Shown here: positions 23,062 to 35,037 of the stretch, piece after piece
Layout of the letters: each line of letters opens with the position of its first letter
Numbering within the stretch: position 1 is the stretch's first letter
Origin: Buchnera aphidicola (Pentalonia nigronervosa)
GTDB lineage: Bacteria > Pseudomonadota > Gammaproteobacteria > Enterobacterales > Enterobacteriaceae
DNA length: 64,000 nucleotides
Assembly: GCA_014622685.1 (NCBI GenBank)
Contig: CP061275.1
Span: 37,471-101,470, forward strand
Direction: 5' to 3'
Notes under the pieces: model-generated
The model's input: only the letters and a program-made list of their open reading frames with translations
Told to the model about the DNA's origin: nothing
Databases searched by the model: none
Position numbers and translations under genes: made by a program

Positions 23062-23728
23062 ATGAATATTATTTTGTCTTGGAAAGATGTTTTATCACAA
23101 GAAAAAAAAAAGATATTTTATTAACATAATAAATTTTATTAAAAATCAACGTGCAAATCGTATAATTTATCCGTCTCAAAATAATATATTTAATGCGTTT
23201 CTATTGACTCATTTTGATAAAATTAAAGTTGTTATTCTTGGACAAGATCCGTATTTTTCTAAAAATCAAGCACATGGATTAGCATTTTCTGTTCCTGTAG
23301 GGGCAATTATACCACCTTCTTTAAAAAATATATATAAAGAGTTAAATAATGATTTTAAAAAAAATTTTTTATTTAATCATGGTTGTCTTGAAAATTGGGC
23401 ACATCAGGGTGTATTTTTATTAAATACTATTTTAACTGTCGAATCAGGAAAACCAAAATCACATAATTCTATTGGATGGGATGTTTTTACTGATCAAGTT
23501 ATTTCGATGATCAATCTTCACAGGCGTTCTATTATTTTTTTACTCTGGGGTCAGGATGCGCAAAAAAAATCAAGATTAATCGATATCAATAATCATTATA
23601 TTTTGCAAGCCTCTCATCCCTCTCCCCTATCGGCATTTCGCGGATTTTTTGGGTGTAAACATTTTTCAAAAGTCAATAAAATATTAATACAAAATCAACA
23701 AGAGCCGATTAATTGGTTTTCTATTTAG
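23062..23728 (+). CDS. ung: Uracil-DNA glycosylase, N-terminal codons out of frame across an A10 tract (in-frame ATG alternative at 23087)
   Basis: Has GQDPY, the AHGLAFSV water-activating loop region and HPSPLSA. ATG 23062 gives MNIILSWKDVLSQEKKK, like E. coli LTWHDVLAEEKQQ, and then stops at 23122. The main frame resumes RYFINIINF after A10 23102-23111. Confidence 0.88.
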
Positions 23729-23794
23729 ACATAAAAACTATTTTTACTGTATTGCAAAAGTGTGTAATTTAGATTGTATAGCTATCAAAAGGTA

Positions 23795-24355
23795 TTAATT
23801 TTTACAAATTATAACTTCTGCTTTTCGTAAAACTATTTTATTAAAAGTAAATCCTTTTTTGTAAACAGAAATAATATGATTTTCAGGTATTTTTTTAGAT
23901 TTTTGAGTTGAAGCAATGTGATGAATTTTAGAGTTGAAAATTTCACATTTTTTTCCTTCTATTTTTACTTTTGATGTACATAATAAATTAAATAATGATT
24001 GTAATGTTAATTCTATTCCTTTTAGTAAAGGTGTGTTTTCTGTTTTTAAATTATTGCAGAATAATAAAACGTCTTCAAGAGAATCTATAATTGGTATAAT
24101 ATTTTTAAAAAAATTACTTGTTTTTTTTAATTTAATATTTTTTATTGTTTTTTCTGCATTTTTTTTAATGTTATCAATATTTGCTAATGTGCGTAATTTA
24201 ATATCGTTAATTTTATTTTGGTTGTTTGATAGTTGTATTTTTAGGTTTTCTATTTCTATATTTTGAAAATTAGAAACATTATTTTCAATTTCGCGTGGTT
24301 TATTATCTTGTTGTATATTTTGTGTTTTTTGTGTATTTTTTTCGCGGTTTTCCAT
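23795..24355 (-). CDS. grpE: Nucleotide exchange factor GrpE
   Basis: 186 aa with a coiled-coil N-terminus and a GrpE C-terminal beta domain (..GFTFNKIVLRKAEVII..). It is divergent from nadK, as in E. coli. Confidence 0.9.
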   Translation of the reverse strand: MENREKNTQKTQNIQQDNKPREIENNVSNFQNIEIENLKIQLSNNQNKINDIKLRTLANIDNIKKNAEKTIKNIKLKKTSNFFKNIIPIIDSLEDVLLFCNNLKTENTPLLKGIELTLQSLFNLLCTSKVKIEGKKCEIFNSKIHHIASTQKSKKIPENHIISVYKKGFTFNKIVLRKAEVIICKN

Positions 24356-24470
24356 AGATTTTAACCTTATTTTTTATTATGAGATAATTGTCGATTTGTA
24401 AAATTTTGTTTTTAAAACAAAGTTGATTATTATAATATAATATATAATATTTTCTAGGAAATTTTATGTA

Positions 24471-25367
24471 ATGAAGCAACATTTTACCTGCATTGGCATT
24501 GTTGGAAGCCCTCGTCATACGAATGCATTAATAACACATGAGATATTATATAAATGGCTAATGAAGAAAGGATATCATGTTTTTGTCGAACATGTTATTG
24601 CTAAAGAATTAAATTTAAAACATCCTAATACTGCTACTTTAGTCGAAATTGGACAACTGTGTGAATTAGCAGTTGTAATTGGTGGAGATGGTAATTTATT
24701 ATGTGCAGCTCGTGTTTTATCATTATACGATATTAAAATTGTTGGTATTAATCGCGGTAATTTAGGATTTTTGGCTGACTTAAATCCTGAAACTGGATTA
24801 AGAGTATTATCAGAAATTTTATCTGGAAATTATTTTTTAGATAATCGTTTTTTATTAGATGTGCAGGTGCGTGAAAAAAAAACTATTTCTAAGTCAAGTA
24901 TAGCTATTAATGAAGTTGTATTGCATCCTTCATGTTTAGATTATATGATAGAATTTGCAGTTTATATTGATGGTAAATTTTCTTTTTCTCAACGTGCAGA
25001 TGGTTTTATTGTTTCTACACCAACTGGTTCAACTGGTTATTCTCTATCTGCTGGTGGGCCAATTATTGCTGCATCTTTAGATGCAATTACATTAATTTCT
25101 ATGTTTCCTCATACTTTATCTTCGCGTCCATTGGTGATTCGAAATGATAGTATCATTTGCTTAAAAATTTCTAATTTTGATAGTAACTTAAAGATTAGTT
25201 GTGACAGTCAGATAATTTTGCCAATTGAAGAAGGAGAGTGTGTATTTATCCGTCGTAGTAACTATTATTTACATTTAATTCATCCTAAAAGTTATGACTA
25301 TTTCAAAACGTTAACTACAAAATTAAATTGGTCCAAAAAATTTTTTAGAAACCATTCTAATAGATAA
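24471..25367 (+). CDS. nadK: NAD kinase
   Basis: 298 aa. [12 protein letters not shown]..., [13 protein letters not shown] and [16 protein letters not shown] are collinear with E. coli NadK. Confidence 0.96.
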   Translation: MKQHFTCIGIVGSPRHTNALITHEILYKWLMKKGYHVFVEHVIAKELNLKHPNTATLVEIGQLCELAVVIGGDGNLLCAARVLSLYDIKIVGINRGNLGFLADLNPETGLRVLSEILSGNYFLDNRFLLDVQVREKKTISKSSIAINEVVLHPSCLDYMIEFAVYIDGKFSFSQRADGFIVSTPTGSTGYSLSAGGPIIAASLDAITLISMFPHTLSSRPLVIRNDSIICLKISNFDSNLKISCDSQIILPIEEGECVFIRRSNYYLHLIHPKSYDYFKTLTTKLNWSKKFFRNHSNR

Positions 25368-25804
25368 AATATTGAATTCAAAAAACATTTGTTTTATACA
25401 ATAGTGATTTGTTTTAATAAATTATTAAAACATTTTTTTATATATAACATTTTTGTGTTAACAGTATCATTTTTTATTCTATTAAAAATTTATTTAAGGA
25501 TTAATTCTATTGTTATATGTAATTTAACAGTTTATTTGTATTTTTTCTAAATTAATATATTCAATAATATAATTTTTTAAAAATAATTTAATTAGTACAC
25601 CTTTTATATAATTTAGTGTATAAAAAAATGATATATGCATGCTAAAGTAAGTTACATATATAAAGTATATTATATTTTTTTAAAAGTACGTGAAAAATTT
25701 TATTTTTTAATACAGTTAGGTTGTTTATAAAAATAGAGAAATTGCATGTGTAATTATGTGAAATGTTATATAAGTGTTGATCGATTAGTTTTTTCTAAAT
25801 AATT

Positions 25805-26167
25805 TGGAGCTGGCGGGATTCGAACCCGCGTCCAAAATTTCTAAAAATAAAATTCTACATGTTTATTTTTTCTTTTCAGAATTCATCTCTTAATTTGGAA
25901 AAACACATTTTAAGAGCATAGCTTGAGGAAACAATTTCATGCATATCACCAAGCTTAATATACATGTTGTCTCTTATATTTTATCTTTCCGATTGTTATT
26001 TCTAAGAGAAAAAAATAAACAGGAAAGGCTAAATACAGTTTTTAAGCTGCTAAAGCGTAGTTTTGGTTATTTTTTGCAGATATTTTTTACGGCTTTTTAT
26101 CGAGGCAAACCGTTCCTCGACATGCATTTTATTTTTTTGACGATTTTGTCGATTCCAAAACAGCCCC
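25805..26167 (-). ncRNA. ssrA: tmRNA (SsrA), tag ORF 26077..26042 encoding AKNNQNYALAA
   Basis: On the minus strand the 5' end GGGGCTGTTTTGGAATCGAC and the 3' end GGACGCGGGTTCGAATCCCGCCAGCTCCA match the tmRNA acceptor and T-arm. The internal GCA AAA AAT AAC CAA AAC TAC GCT TTA GCA GCT TAA parallels the E. coli ANDENYALAA tag. Confidence 0.93.
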
Positions 26168-26281
26168 TGATTTTTTTGTATTTTCAATAGTATTGCAAAA
26201 AAAAACAGTCTTGTCTATTGAATATTTTTAAAATATGCGTGTTTTTTTTGTTGAAAGATATAATTTTATAAAATGTAAAAA

Positions 26282-26614
26282 ATGGAAATTAATATGAATA
26301 TTATTCAAAAAATAGAAAAACAGATAAAAGATAATATTATTTTGATTTATATGAAAGGAACACCAAACTCTCCGAGTTGTGGTTTTTCAGCACAAGCAGT
26401 ACAAGCAGTATCAGCATGTGGAGAAAAATTTGCATATATTGATGTTTTAGAAAATACAGATATTAGAACTGAGTTACCAAAATATGCTAATTGGCCTACG
26501 TTTCCTCAGTTATGGATAAAAGGTGAGTTAATTGGTGGTTGTAGTATTATAGTAGACATGTTTAAAACTGGCGAATTAAAAAAATTAATATTAAATGCAG
26601 TAAAAAAAATATAA
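26282..26614 (+). CDS. grxD: Monothiol glutaredoxin Grx4
   Basis: Has the CGFS active site and ..YANWPTFPQLWIKGELIGGC... The likely true start is ATG 26294 (MNIIQKIEKQI). Confidence 0.95.
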   Translation: MEINMNIIQKIEKQIKDNIILIYMKGTPNSPSCGFSAQAVQAVSACGEKFAYIDVLENTDIRTELPKYANWPTFPQLWIKGELIGGCSIIVDMFKTGELKKLILNAVKKI

Positions 26615-26656
26615 ACTACATTGTGCAAATTAATTTTTTTAGATAAAATCTCAAAA

Positions 26657-26711
26657 ATATGACACTTGCATAAAGAAAGTAAATGATATATCTTTATTGC
26701 GAATGTCATAT
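26657..26711. terminator. Imperfect hairpin between convergent grxD and rnt
   Basis: atatgacacttgcataaaga pairs with tctttattgcgaatgtcatat: about 18 bp with 2 mismatches and 1 bulge, paired by hand. Confidence 0.3.
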
Positions 26712-26795
26712 TTATCGTGGTTTCGGATTGTATGATTTTGAATATAGATTTAAAAAAATATATTTTCACTGTTGTACGTTTTTAATAGCACAATT

Positions 26796-27440
26796 TTATT
26801 TTTTTTCGATATTTAATGGCCACCCACCTAAACGTTTCCATCGATTTACTAATTCGCAAAAAAGATTTGCAGTTTGCAATGTATCATATAAAGCTGAATG
26901 TGCTTGATTGTTATCAAATGGTAACCCGATGGCTTTACATGCTTTAGCTAAAACGGTTTGACCAACAGCTAATCCACTTAATGCAGCTGTATCAAATGTA
27001 ACAAATGAGTGAAAAGGATTGTGTTTTATTTTTGCTCTTTGAATTGCTTCCATTAGAAAATTGTGATCAAAGGTAGCGTTATGAGCTACAACAATACCTT
27101 GACTGCAATCGTTTTCTTTTATACCGTCTTGTACCATTTTTATCATAGATTCAATTGCTTTTTTTTCACTGATTGCGCCGCGTAGTGGGTTAAATGGATC
27201 AATTTTATTGAAGGAAATTGCATCAGAATTTATTATAGATCCTTTAAATGGTTTGATATGAAAATGTAATGTGTGTTCTTTATGCAGCCATCCGAAATTA
27301 TCCATTTTTAAAGTTATTACAGCCATTTCTAATATTGCATCTGTTTTTGAATTAAAACCTGCTGTTTCAAAATCTATTACAACGGGATAAAACGTTCGAA
27401 ATCGATCACTTAATAGATTACATGTTTTAATTATAGACAT
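26796..27440 (-). CDS. rnt: Ribonuclease T
   Basis: 214 aa with the DEDDh motifs [14 protein letters not shown] and HSALYD. Confidence 0.95.
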   Translation of the reverse strand: MSIIKTCNLLSDRFRTFYPVVIDFETAGFNSKTDAILEMAVITLKMDNFGWLHKEHTLHFHIKPFKGSIINSDAISFNKIDPFNPLRGAISEKKAIESMIKMVQDGIKENDCSQGIVVAHNATFDHNFLMEAIQRAKIKHNPFHSFVTFDTAALSGLAVGQTVLAKACKAIGLPFDNNQAHSALYDTLQTANLFCELVNRWKRLGGWPLNIEKK

Positions 27441-27772
27441 AACATTCTCATTTTTTTAAAACATTACACGTGTTTTTAATGTGGCATTTTTTAGTTTTTT
27501 TTGATATTTTTAATGGTTTAAAATATGTTAAAATTTTTCATATTTTTGGTATTTTAAGATATTTTTATTTTAATGTAATTAAATTTATATACGTAAAAAT
27601 ATGTTTATGTTTTTAATTTAAACGAATTTTTATATATATATTGAGATTTTTTATTTACATTATATAAGTGTACTATAATTTATAAAAATATTTAAGATTA
27701 AATTATTAATTTAATTATTTATAAAAATTCTGTATATTATGACTTAACAGAAATAATATTAGGATCTATAAC

Positions 27773-28387
27773 ATGAGTTATACTCTTGCGTCTTTACCAT
27801 ATTTATATAATGCTTTAGAACCATTTTTTGATGAAAAAACTATGATGATTCATCATACTAAACATCATCAAAATTACATTAATAATACCAATTCAATTTT
27901 AAAAAATACTATTTTTTCTTCATTGTCTATTGATGAGTTGATATCTATTTTTGACGAAATAGTTTTAGATGACAAAATATCTTTGCGCAATAACGCTGGG
28001 GGTCATATTAATCATACTTTTTTCTGGGACATTTTAAAAATTGGGACTACGCTAACTAGCGATTTAAAAATAGAATTGGAAAAACAATTTGGTACTGTTG
28101 AAAACTTTAAAAATCAATTTGAAGAAATCGCTTGTAGTCATTTTGGTTCGGGTTGGGTATGGTTAGTAAAAAAACATAATATGTTGTCTATCATATCCAC
28201 TCCCAATCAAGATAATCCATTAATGGGTGGTGTTGCATCTGATTCTTATGGATATCCTATTATTGGATTAGATCTTTGGGAACATGCTTATTACTTAAAA
28301 TATCAAAATAAACGATTAGATTATGTGAAAGCTTTTTGGAATGTAGTGAATTGGGAAAAAGCGTCTTGTCGATTACAGAGTAATTAA
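27773..28387 (+). CDS. sodA: Superoxide dismutase (Mn type)
   Basis: 204 aa with [16 protein letters not shown] and DLWEHAYYL. Confidence 0.96.
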   Translation: MSYTLASLPYLYNALEPFFDEKTMMIHHTKHHQNYINNTNSILKNTIFSSLSIDELISIFDEIVLDDKISLRNNAGGHINHTFFWDILKIGTTLTSDLKIELEKQFGTVENFKNQFEEIACSHFGSGWVWLVKKHNMLSIISTPNQDNPLMGGVASDSYGYPIIGLDLWEHAYYLKYQNKRLDYVKAFWNVVNWEKASCRLQSN

Positions 28388-28543
28388 AATTTTTTTAATT
28401 TAAAAAATTAGAAATATTTTACTTCTTGTTACTCGAAACGATGTTAAATATTGTGAATTGAACTTTAAAAACATATAATATTAAATATTATATGTTTTTA
28501 TTTTTTTAAGGAAGTAAATTTTATTCATATTAAAAAATGTTGT

Positions 28544-29083
28544 TTGAATCATATTAAAATGATTGTTGGTTTATCTAATCCAAAAACGCAGTATCATCAA
28601 ACTCGTCATAATGCGGGGTCATGGTGCATTTATGATTTTATGAAATTACATTCTAAGGTTTTAGTTGAAGAAAAGAAATTTTTTGGTTTTACTGGTTTAA
28701 TTAATATTAATGCACGTGTTATTCGTATTCTTGTACCCAACATTTTTATGAATTTAAATGGTAAATCAGTATTTAAAATGGCTTCTTTTTATAATATTCA
28801 TTTATCTGAAATATTAATAATACATGATGACTTGGAACTTTGCCCTGGTATTGTGAAAATAAAATATGGTTACGGGCATAATGGGCATAATGGATTAAGA
28901 AACATCATTTCTTGTTTTCAAAAAAAAATAGATTTTTATCGATTTCGAATTGGAATTGGTCGTCCAGAAAAAAAAAATTTAGTTTCGTCGTTTGTGCTAT
29001 CTAGTCCTACAAAAACAGAAAATATGTTAATTAAAAAAGCTATTTTACATACTATAAAAGCAATTAGTTTGTTCATGGGTTAA
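28544..29083 (+). CDS. pth: Peptidyl-tRNA hydrolase
   Basis: Has ..[10 protein letters not shown]...TRHNAG and FMNLNGKS. Start is TTG 28544 or ATG 28559. It looks about 15 aa shorter at the C-terminus than E. coli Pth. Confidence 0.9.
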   Translation: MNHIKMIVGLSNPKTQYHQTRHNAGSWCIYDFMKLHSKVLVEEKKFFGFTGLININARVIRILVPNIFMNLNGKSVFKMASFYNIHLSEILIIHDDLELCPGIVKIKYGYGHNGHNGLRNIISCFQKKIDFYRFRIGIGRPEKKNLVSSFVLSSPTKTENMLIKKAILHTIKAISLFMG

Positions 29084-29167
29084 CAATAGCAGTTTAACTA
29101 TATGTGTTGTTCAATTATTTTTTTGGAAATGATTTAGTTAAAAATTTATTTTGGATGTATATAAAAT

Positions 29168-30256
29168 ATGAGTTTTAAATGCGGCATTATAGGATTGCCA
29201 AATGTTGGTAAGTCTACTTTATTTAATATTTTAACTACAGGACATTCTGCAGTTGCAAACTTTCCATTTTGTACTATAAAACCTAATATTGGTATTGTAT
29301 CAGTAGTGGATCCTCGCATTGAAAAGATTGCGTCTATTGTTTGTCCTAAAAAAATAGTAAATACATTTATAGAATTTGTAGATATTGCAGGTTTAGTAAA
29401 AGGAGCATCTCAAGGTGATGGACTAGGTAATCAATTTTTAAGTAATATACGAGAAACGCATGCTATAGTACATGTAGTACGTTGTTTCAAAGATGATAAT
29501 ATCATTCATATTTATAATCGTATTAATCCTATAGAAGATGTGAATATTATCAACACTGAGCTTATTTTTTCAGATTGTGATATTTGTGAAAAAGCATTAT
29601 TACAATTAGGTAAAAAAACAACCATTCTCCATAAAGATATAGAATTGACACGACAAGTTTTGAAAAAATGCCTTAATCATTTAAAACAAGTTTGTATGTT
29701 AAAAACGCTTACATTAAGTATTGATGAGAAAAAACTTCTTCAGAATTTTTGTTTATTAACCTTAAAACCAACAATGTACGTTGCAAATATTAATGATCAG
29801 AAAGAATCTTACCGTGCTTTAAGTGAGTTAAAAAAAATGGCAAATGCGGCAGGTGAGATAGTGATTCCAATTTTTTCAAATTTAGAATTAGATTTAGTAT
29901 TTATGGACAGTTCTGAAAAAAAAGATTTTATGGATGCTTTTGAAATAAAAGATTTAGGATTAAATAACGTGATTTTATCTGGTTATAAATTACTCAATTT
30001 AATAACTTTTTTTACTGTAGGAAAAAAAGAAATTCGAAGTTGGTCTGTTCCTAATGGTAGTACTAGTTTATACGCAGCTCGTAAAATACATAGTGATTTC
30101 AGTAAAGGTTTTATTCGAATGCAAGTTATTTCGTACATTGATTTTATAAAATATAAAGATGAATCAAAAATTAAAAAATTAGGAAAATGTAGAATAGAAG
30201 GCAAAGATTATCGCATACAAGATGGTGATATTATTCGTGTTTTCTTTAATGTGTAA
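29168..30256 (+). CDS. ychF: Ribosome-binding ATPase YchF
   Basis: 362 aa with the GLPNVGKST P-loop, the DIAGLVKGAS motif and a TGS-like C-terminus. Confidence 0.96.
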   Translation: MSFKCGIIGLPNVGKSTLFNILTTGHSAVANFPFCTIKPNIGIVSVVDPRIEKIASIVCPKKIVNTFIEFVDIAGLVKGASQGDGLGNQFLSNIRETHAIVHVVRCFKDDNIIHIYNRINPIEDVNIINTELIFSDCDICEKALLQLGKKTTILHKDIELTRQVLKKCLNHLKQVCMLKTLTLSIDEKKLLQNFCLLTLKPTMYVANINDQKESYRALSELKKMANAAGEIVIPIFSNLELDLVFMDSSEKKDFMDAFEIKDLGLNNVILSGYKLLNLITFFTVGKKEIRSWSVPNGSTSLYAARKIHSDFSKGFIRMQVISYIDFIKYKDESKIKKLGKCRIEGKDYRIQDGDIIRVFFNV

Positions 30257-30310
30257 CTAAAAAAATAATATACAATTAATTTTTTTATAATTGTTCGTTG
30301 TATTGTTTCG

Positions 30311-30333
30311 GAGAGGAAGATAAATTTCCTCTC
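30311..30333. terminator. GC-containing hairpin between convergent ychF and thrC (gagaggaa / ttcctctc)
   Basis: Perfect 8-bp stem with a 7-nt loop, in the 90-bp gap between two convergent stops. Confidence 0.5.
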
Positions 30334-30346
30334 TCATTTAGTATGT

Positions 30347-31636
30347 TTAGTTTGCTATTAAAAATTGTTTTAATTGGCTAAAATCTGGATCAATATTATA
30401 AGATAGTATTGGTAATGCGATTCTATTTTTTAATGCTATCGGCAACGAAATATTGTTTTTTAATATTTTCTCAATCGTTACTTTAAATTTTGCAGGATGC
30501 GCAGTACCTAGAAATAAACCGAATTCATCTTGTTTCAATTGATCTTTAAGTAATTTATACGCAATTGCTGCATGAGGTTCAGAAAGATAACCTAATTGAA
30601 ATAATTCTTGCAACGTTTTTTTAGTATCATGATCTGATACACTACCAAATCTAAGTGTTTCTAGTATCCATTTTTTTTGTGTAGATAATTCTTTAATACG
30701 AGGCCAATTATTGGGTTGACTGATATCCATGGCATTAGACATTGTAGATATTGTTTTTCGAGGATTCCATCTGCCACTTTTTAAAAATCTTGGAACAGTG
30801 TCATTTGCGTTTGTGCATGCTATAAAAGATGATATTGGTAAACCGAGCGATTGGGCTAGTAGTCCAGCTGTCAGATTTCCAAAATTACCACATGGAATTG
30901 CTATTACTAATTTTTTCTTTTGTTGTGTCGAAAGTAAGGAAAATGCTTCAAAATAATAGCATATTTGTGCTAATAATCGACTAATATTAATAGAATTTGC
31001 TGAATTTAATCCAATTGACATTTTTAAGTCTTTATTATTAAACGCTGTTTTTACTAATTTTTGACAATCATCAAAACTACCATTAACAGATATTGTTTTT
31101 ATATTTTTTCCTAATGTACAAAACAATTTTTCTTGTAGTGCAGTAATTTTTCCTTTCGGATATAAAATAACCACTTGAACATTATTCATTTTATAAAATG
31201 CATGAGCTACTGCAGCGCCAGTATCTCCTGATGTTGCAGTTAAAATAGTTATTCGTGTACTATTTTCATTAAATAACAAAAGCATTTGTGCCATAAAACG
31301 TGCGCCAAAATCTTTAAAAGCTAGTGTTGGACCGTGAAATAATTCCAAGCAATGGATGTTCTTTGATACAATCACTTTTAATGGAGTAGTCAGTGCAAAT
31401 GCTTTTTGAACACTTTGATATAATGTTTTTTTTGTGATTTCATCACCAATAAATTTAAAAAGTATTTCGGTACTTTTAGAAACAAAATCCATTTTTAATA
31501 TTTTTTTGATTTCACAAGATGTAAAAGTTGGAATTTCTGTTGGAAAAAACAATCCCTGTTGTTCTCCTAATCCTAATTTTACTGCTTCTTCAAAATTTAC
31601 TTTTTCTTTATGATTTTTTAAGTTATAAAGTTTCAT
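30347..31636 (-). CDS. thrC: Threonine synthase
   Basis: 429 aa with the FHGPTLAFKD PLP-lysine motif. It is the last gene of the thrABC order. Confidence 0.96.
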   Translation of the reverse strand: MKLYNLKNHKEKVNFEEAVKLGLGEQQGLFFPTEIPTFTSCEIKKILKMDFVSKSTEILFKFIGDEITKKTLYQSVQKAFALTTPLKVIVSKNIHCLELFHGPTLAFKDFGARFMAQMLLLFNENSTRITILTATSGDTGAAVAHAFYKMNNVQVVILYPKGKITALQEKLFCTLGKNIKTISVNGSFDDCQKLVKTAFNNKDLKMSIGLNSANSINISRLLAQICYYFEAFSLLSTQQKKKLVIAIPCGNFGNLTAGLLAQSLGLPISSFIACTNANDTVPRFLKSGRWNPRKTISTMSNAMDISQPNNWPRIKELSTQKKWILETLRFGSVSDHDTKKTLQELFQLGYLSEPHAAIAYKLLKDQLKQDEFGLFLGTAHPAKFKVTIEKILKNNISLPIALKNRIALPILSYNIDPDFSQLKQFLIAN

Positions 31637-31640
31637 GTTG

Positions 31641-32573
31641 TTATCCTATGTTACGTGTACCTTGTAAATCTAAAAAGCAAATGTGAACAAATCCTTCATT
31701 GTTTTGCAGATAATTTTCTTTTAACCATAAAGATATTTTTTTCGCAGTACTAATTTTATCAGAAACAGCAAAGATCGTAGGACCAGAACCGGAAATACCA
31801 CAACTAATTGCTCCAATTCCTTGAATTTTTTTTTTGCATCTTAAAAAGTTTGGTAGTAATTTGACACGATATGGTTCTGCTATAAAATCTTGCATTGATC
31901 TAGCTGCTAAATGAGATTGTTTAGTGTATAAAGCATGAATGAAACTTGCTAAATAACGACTATTTTTAATACAAATATCTTTTGTATATTTTTTCGGCAA
32001 GATTTTTCTTGCTTGTGCAGTAGAAATATTAATTCCTGGCCAAGCTATAATCCAGAGCCAGTTTTTAATATTCGGCAATTGTTGATTAATTATTTTTGGA
32101 TCATCTAATATTAATTGTAGACCTCCGAAAAAAGATGGAGCAACGTTATCGTAATGTATACTACCTGATATTTCTCCTTCTATTTCTCCCATCAGAAGTA
32201 ATAATTCTTGTGAATTTAATGGTTGATTGCAAAATTGATTTATTGCGACTAAGGTAGCAACTATAGAACAAGCGCTGGATCCTAATCCTGATCCAATAGG
32301 CATGTTTTTTTCAAGAATAATGGACACTGGAACATTTTTTTTTAGAATTTCACAAAATTTTATCCAACATTTCCATGTAATATTTTTTTGGATTGTTTGA
32401 GGTAATTTTTTAGAAAATACACCTTTGTTGATTAATTCAAATTTATTTGCTGATTGTATTGTAACACAATCCCCTAATAAAGTTCCGTCTATTGGTTTAA
32501 TTGCTGCTCCTAAAATATCAAATCCTACTCCAACATTACCAATAGAAGCTGGCGCATAAATTTTAATCATCAT
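31641..32573 (-). CDS. thrB: Homoserine kinase
   Basis: Has the GHMP motif [10 protein letters not shown]. Homology starts at [17 protein letters not shown] lies 4 nt upstream of ATG 32573. The longer ORF would overlap thrA. Confidence 0.95.
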   Translation of the reverse strand: MMIKIYAPASIGNVGVGFDILGAAIKPIDGTLLGDCVTIQSANKFELINKGVFSKKLPQTIQKNITWKCWIKFCEILKKNVPVSIILEKNMPIGSGLGSSACSIVATLVAINQFCNQPLNSQELLLLMGEIEGEISGSIHYDNVAPSFFGGLQLILDDPKIINQQLPNIKNWLWIIAWPGINISTAQARKILPKKYTKDICIKNSRYLASFIHALYTKQSHLAARSMQDFIAEPYRVKLLPNFLRCKKKIQGIGAISCGISGSGPTIFAVSDKISTAKKISLWLKENYLQNNEGFVHICFLDLQGTRNIG

Positions 32574-32589
32574 GTATCCCTCTTGACAT

Positions 32590-35037
32590 TTATGAAAGTA
32601 TGCGTAATAAGTCAGAAAACACTCCAGATGCTGTAACATTGTTTCCAGCACCGTAACCTCGTAAAATTAAAGGGATTGGTTGATAATAATTCGTATAAAA
32701 TGCTAGTGCATTTTCACCATTTTTAACTTTATATAATGGGTGATTTTTACTAATTTCTTCAATTTTTACGGAACATTGTCCTGTATTTTTAATAGTTCCA
32801 ACAAATCGTAAAACACTATTTTTAGCATTAGCTTTATTATTTTTTTTTAAGAATATTGGGTCTAATTCTTTAAGTTTTTCTAAAAATTCATATGGTTTTT
32901 TGTAATTTGTAAAATCTTTTGGTAATAAAGGTTCAATTTTAATATCTTGTAATTCTGTTTTATAACCTGCTTCACGAGCTAAAATAAGTAATTTTCTCGC
33001 TACGTCTGTTCCGGATAAATCATCACATGGGTTTGGTTCAGTAAATCCAAGTTTTTTTGCTTCTTTAGTTGCTTGTGATAATGAAATGCCTTCTTCTAAT
33101 CTACCAAAAATAAATGATAAAGATCCAGATAATATACCTTTAAAACGAATTAAGTGATCTCCTGTATTACGCAAATTTTTTAAAGTTTCAATAGCTGGTA
33201 ATCCTGCTCCAACATTAGTTTCGTATAAAAATTTTTTATTTTTTTTAAAAGCTGTTTTTCTTATTTTTTGATAGTAGTCTAATTTATTAGTATTTGCTTT
33301 TTTATTAGATGTAACTATATGAAATTCATTATTTAAAAAGTCTATGTATTGTTCTGAGATTAATTGATCAGAAGTACAGTCTACGATAACTGGATTTAAA
33401 AAAGAATGGTTTTTTATGATTTTTTTTAATACGTCTAAATTAAATATTTTTGTTGTGTTTTTAAAATCATTTTCCCAATTAGATAAGTCTATTTTTTTTT
33501 CTGGCATTAACATTTTTTTAGAATTTGCAATGACTCGGATTTGAATTTCAACATTTTTTTGTTGCAGTGATTTTTGTTGTTGTAATATTTGTTTTAACAG
33601 TGTAGTGCCGATACCACCAATACCAATTAAAAGAACATCAATAATTTTTTTGTCATTAAATAATGTGTAATGTACTTTTTGTACAGCTTGTGATATATAT
33701 TTTTCTTCAACTACAATTGAGATTGAGTGTTTTGAAGATCCTTGTGCGATTGCGAGAACATTGATTTTTGCAGTACCTAAAGTAGAAAAAATTTTGGATG
33801 CGATATTATATTTTTTATTTATATTTTCGCCGATAACTGATAAGACAGATAAATTATTAGTAACGCGAAATGGATTTAATAATTTATTGTGTAATTCTAG
33901 TTGAAACTCTTGTTGTAAAGAATACAAAAATCTTTCAGATTCTTTTTCTAAAATGCAAACAGCGATTTTGTCTTCTGACGATGATTGAGTAAGTAATATT
34001 ATTTTAGTGTGATTTTTATATATTATGGAAAATATGCGTGAAATTAGATTTCTGACATTTTTAATATACATTCCTGATATGTTCAACATTGCTATTTTTT
34101 TAAGGTAAGTTACGCCTTTTAAAAGAAATGTATTCGAATTATATTTTTTTTTAATCCATGTTCCGTTAGATTTAATGTTTTTTGTGTTTTTAATAATACA
34201 TGGGATGTTAAATTGAGAAATTGGTTCAATTGTACGAGGATGCAATATTTTTGCGCCAAAATAAGACAGTTCCATTGCTTCTTGATATGATATTGATTTT
34301 AGAAGATGTGTATTAGGAATTTCTCTTGGGTCGCAAGTAAAAACTCCGTCAACATCGGTCCAAATTTCACAGCATTTTGCTTTTAAACAAACTGCTAATA
34401 TTGCAGCAGAATAATCAGAACCATTTCGTCCTAATAATACTAATTCTTGTTTTCGATTTCCAGCAATAAAACCCGACATTAAAAGAATGTTGTCTTTTTG
34501 AAAATGAATTTTTTCAATACGTTTTTTAGATTCTAATATGTCAACGGTGGAATCTAAATATGTTCCTGAAGATGCAAAATTATATATTGGATCAATGATA
34601 GTTACTTTGTAATTTCTAGAAATTAATATATTCTTCATTATATAAACTGAGAGTATTTCACCTTTTGAAATAATTATTGCTCGAACATTTTTTGGACATG
34701 TTTTTAATAATGATATACCATGCGTTAAATTTTTTATTTGATCCAATTCTCTAATAATGTTTTTTTTAGTTATCTCGTATAAAAAATTAGACTGTACTTT
34801 GTTAAGATCGTTTATTAAATCAATAAAAATTTTTTCTAAAGTTGCAATGATTGTTAGCATGTTGTCATAATTTACAATTTCTTCACAAATGGAAACTAAA
34901 TGATTAGTTACTGTAGCTGGAGCTGAAAGTACTACAGCTGTTTTTCCGCATTGGAAATTTTTTTCTATAATATCAGCTACAAATAGAAATTTTCTTGCAT
35001 TAGCTAGTGACGTGCCGCCAAATTTTAATAGTTTCAT
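32590..35037 (-). CDS. thrA: Bifunctional aspartokinase I / homoserine dehydrogenase I
   Basis: The start [10 protein letters not shown] is as in E. coli ThrA. Has [13 protein letters not shown] region and the C-terminal HSDH domain (..LRGYGAG..). Confidence 0.96.
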   Translation of the reverse strand: MKLLKFGGTSLANARKFLFVADIIEKNFQCGKTAVVLSAPATVTNHLVSICEEIVNYDNMLTIIATLEKIFIDLINDLNKVQSNFLYEITKKNIIRELDQIKNLTHGISLLKTCPKNVRAIIISKGEILSVYIMKNILISRNYKVTIIDPIYNFASSGTYLDSTVDILESKKRIEKIHFQKDNILLMSGFIAGNRKQELVLLGRNGSDYSAAILAVCLKAKCCEIWTDVDGVFTCDPREIPNTHLLKSISYQEAMELSYFGAKILHPRTIEPISQFNIPCIIKNTKNIKSNGTWIKKKYNSNTFLLKGVTYLKKIAMLNISGMYIKNVRNLISRIFSIIYKNHTKIILLTQSSSEDKIAVCILEKESERFLYSLQQEFQLELHNKLLNPFRVTNNLSVLSVIGENINKKYNIASKIFSTLGTAKINVLAIAQGSSKHSISIVVEEKYISQAVQKVHYTLFNDKKIIDVLLIGIGGIGTTLLKQILQQQKSLQQKNVEIQIRVIANSKKMLMPEKKIDLSNWENDFKNTTKIFNLDVLKKIIKNHSFLNPVIVDCTSDQLISEQYIDFLNNEFHIVTSNKKANTNKLDYYQKIRKTAFKKNKKFLYETNVGAGLPAIETLKNLRNTGDHLIRFKGILSGSLSFIFGRLEEGISLSQATKEAKKLGFTEPNPCDDLSGTDVARKLLILAREAGYKTELQDIKIEPLLPKDFTNYKKPYEFLEKLKELDPIFLKKNNKANAKNSVLRFVGTIKNTGQCSVKIEEISKNHPLYKVKNGENALAFYTNYYQPIPLILRGYGAGNNVTASGVFSDLLRILS

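Noticed and set aside
25939-26190. 83-aa + strand ORF
   Set aside because: It lies entirely antisense to the tmRNA gene (25805..26167), whose conserved ends and tag ORF explain the region.
32574-32651. N-terminal extensions in the ORF track for thrB (to 32651), thrA (to 35079), yfaE (to 15190) and murD (to 63367)
   Set aside because: The extensions overlap the upstream gene or spacer and have no homology. Homology begins at internal ATGs, which sit just after the upstream stop or overlap it by a few nt. For thrB there is a strong AGAGGGA Shine-Dalgarno.
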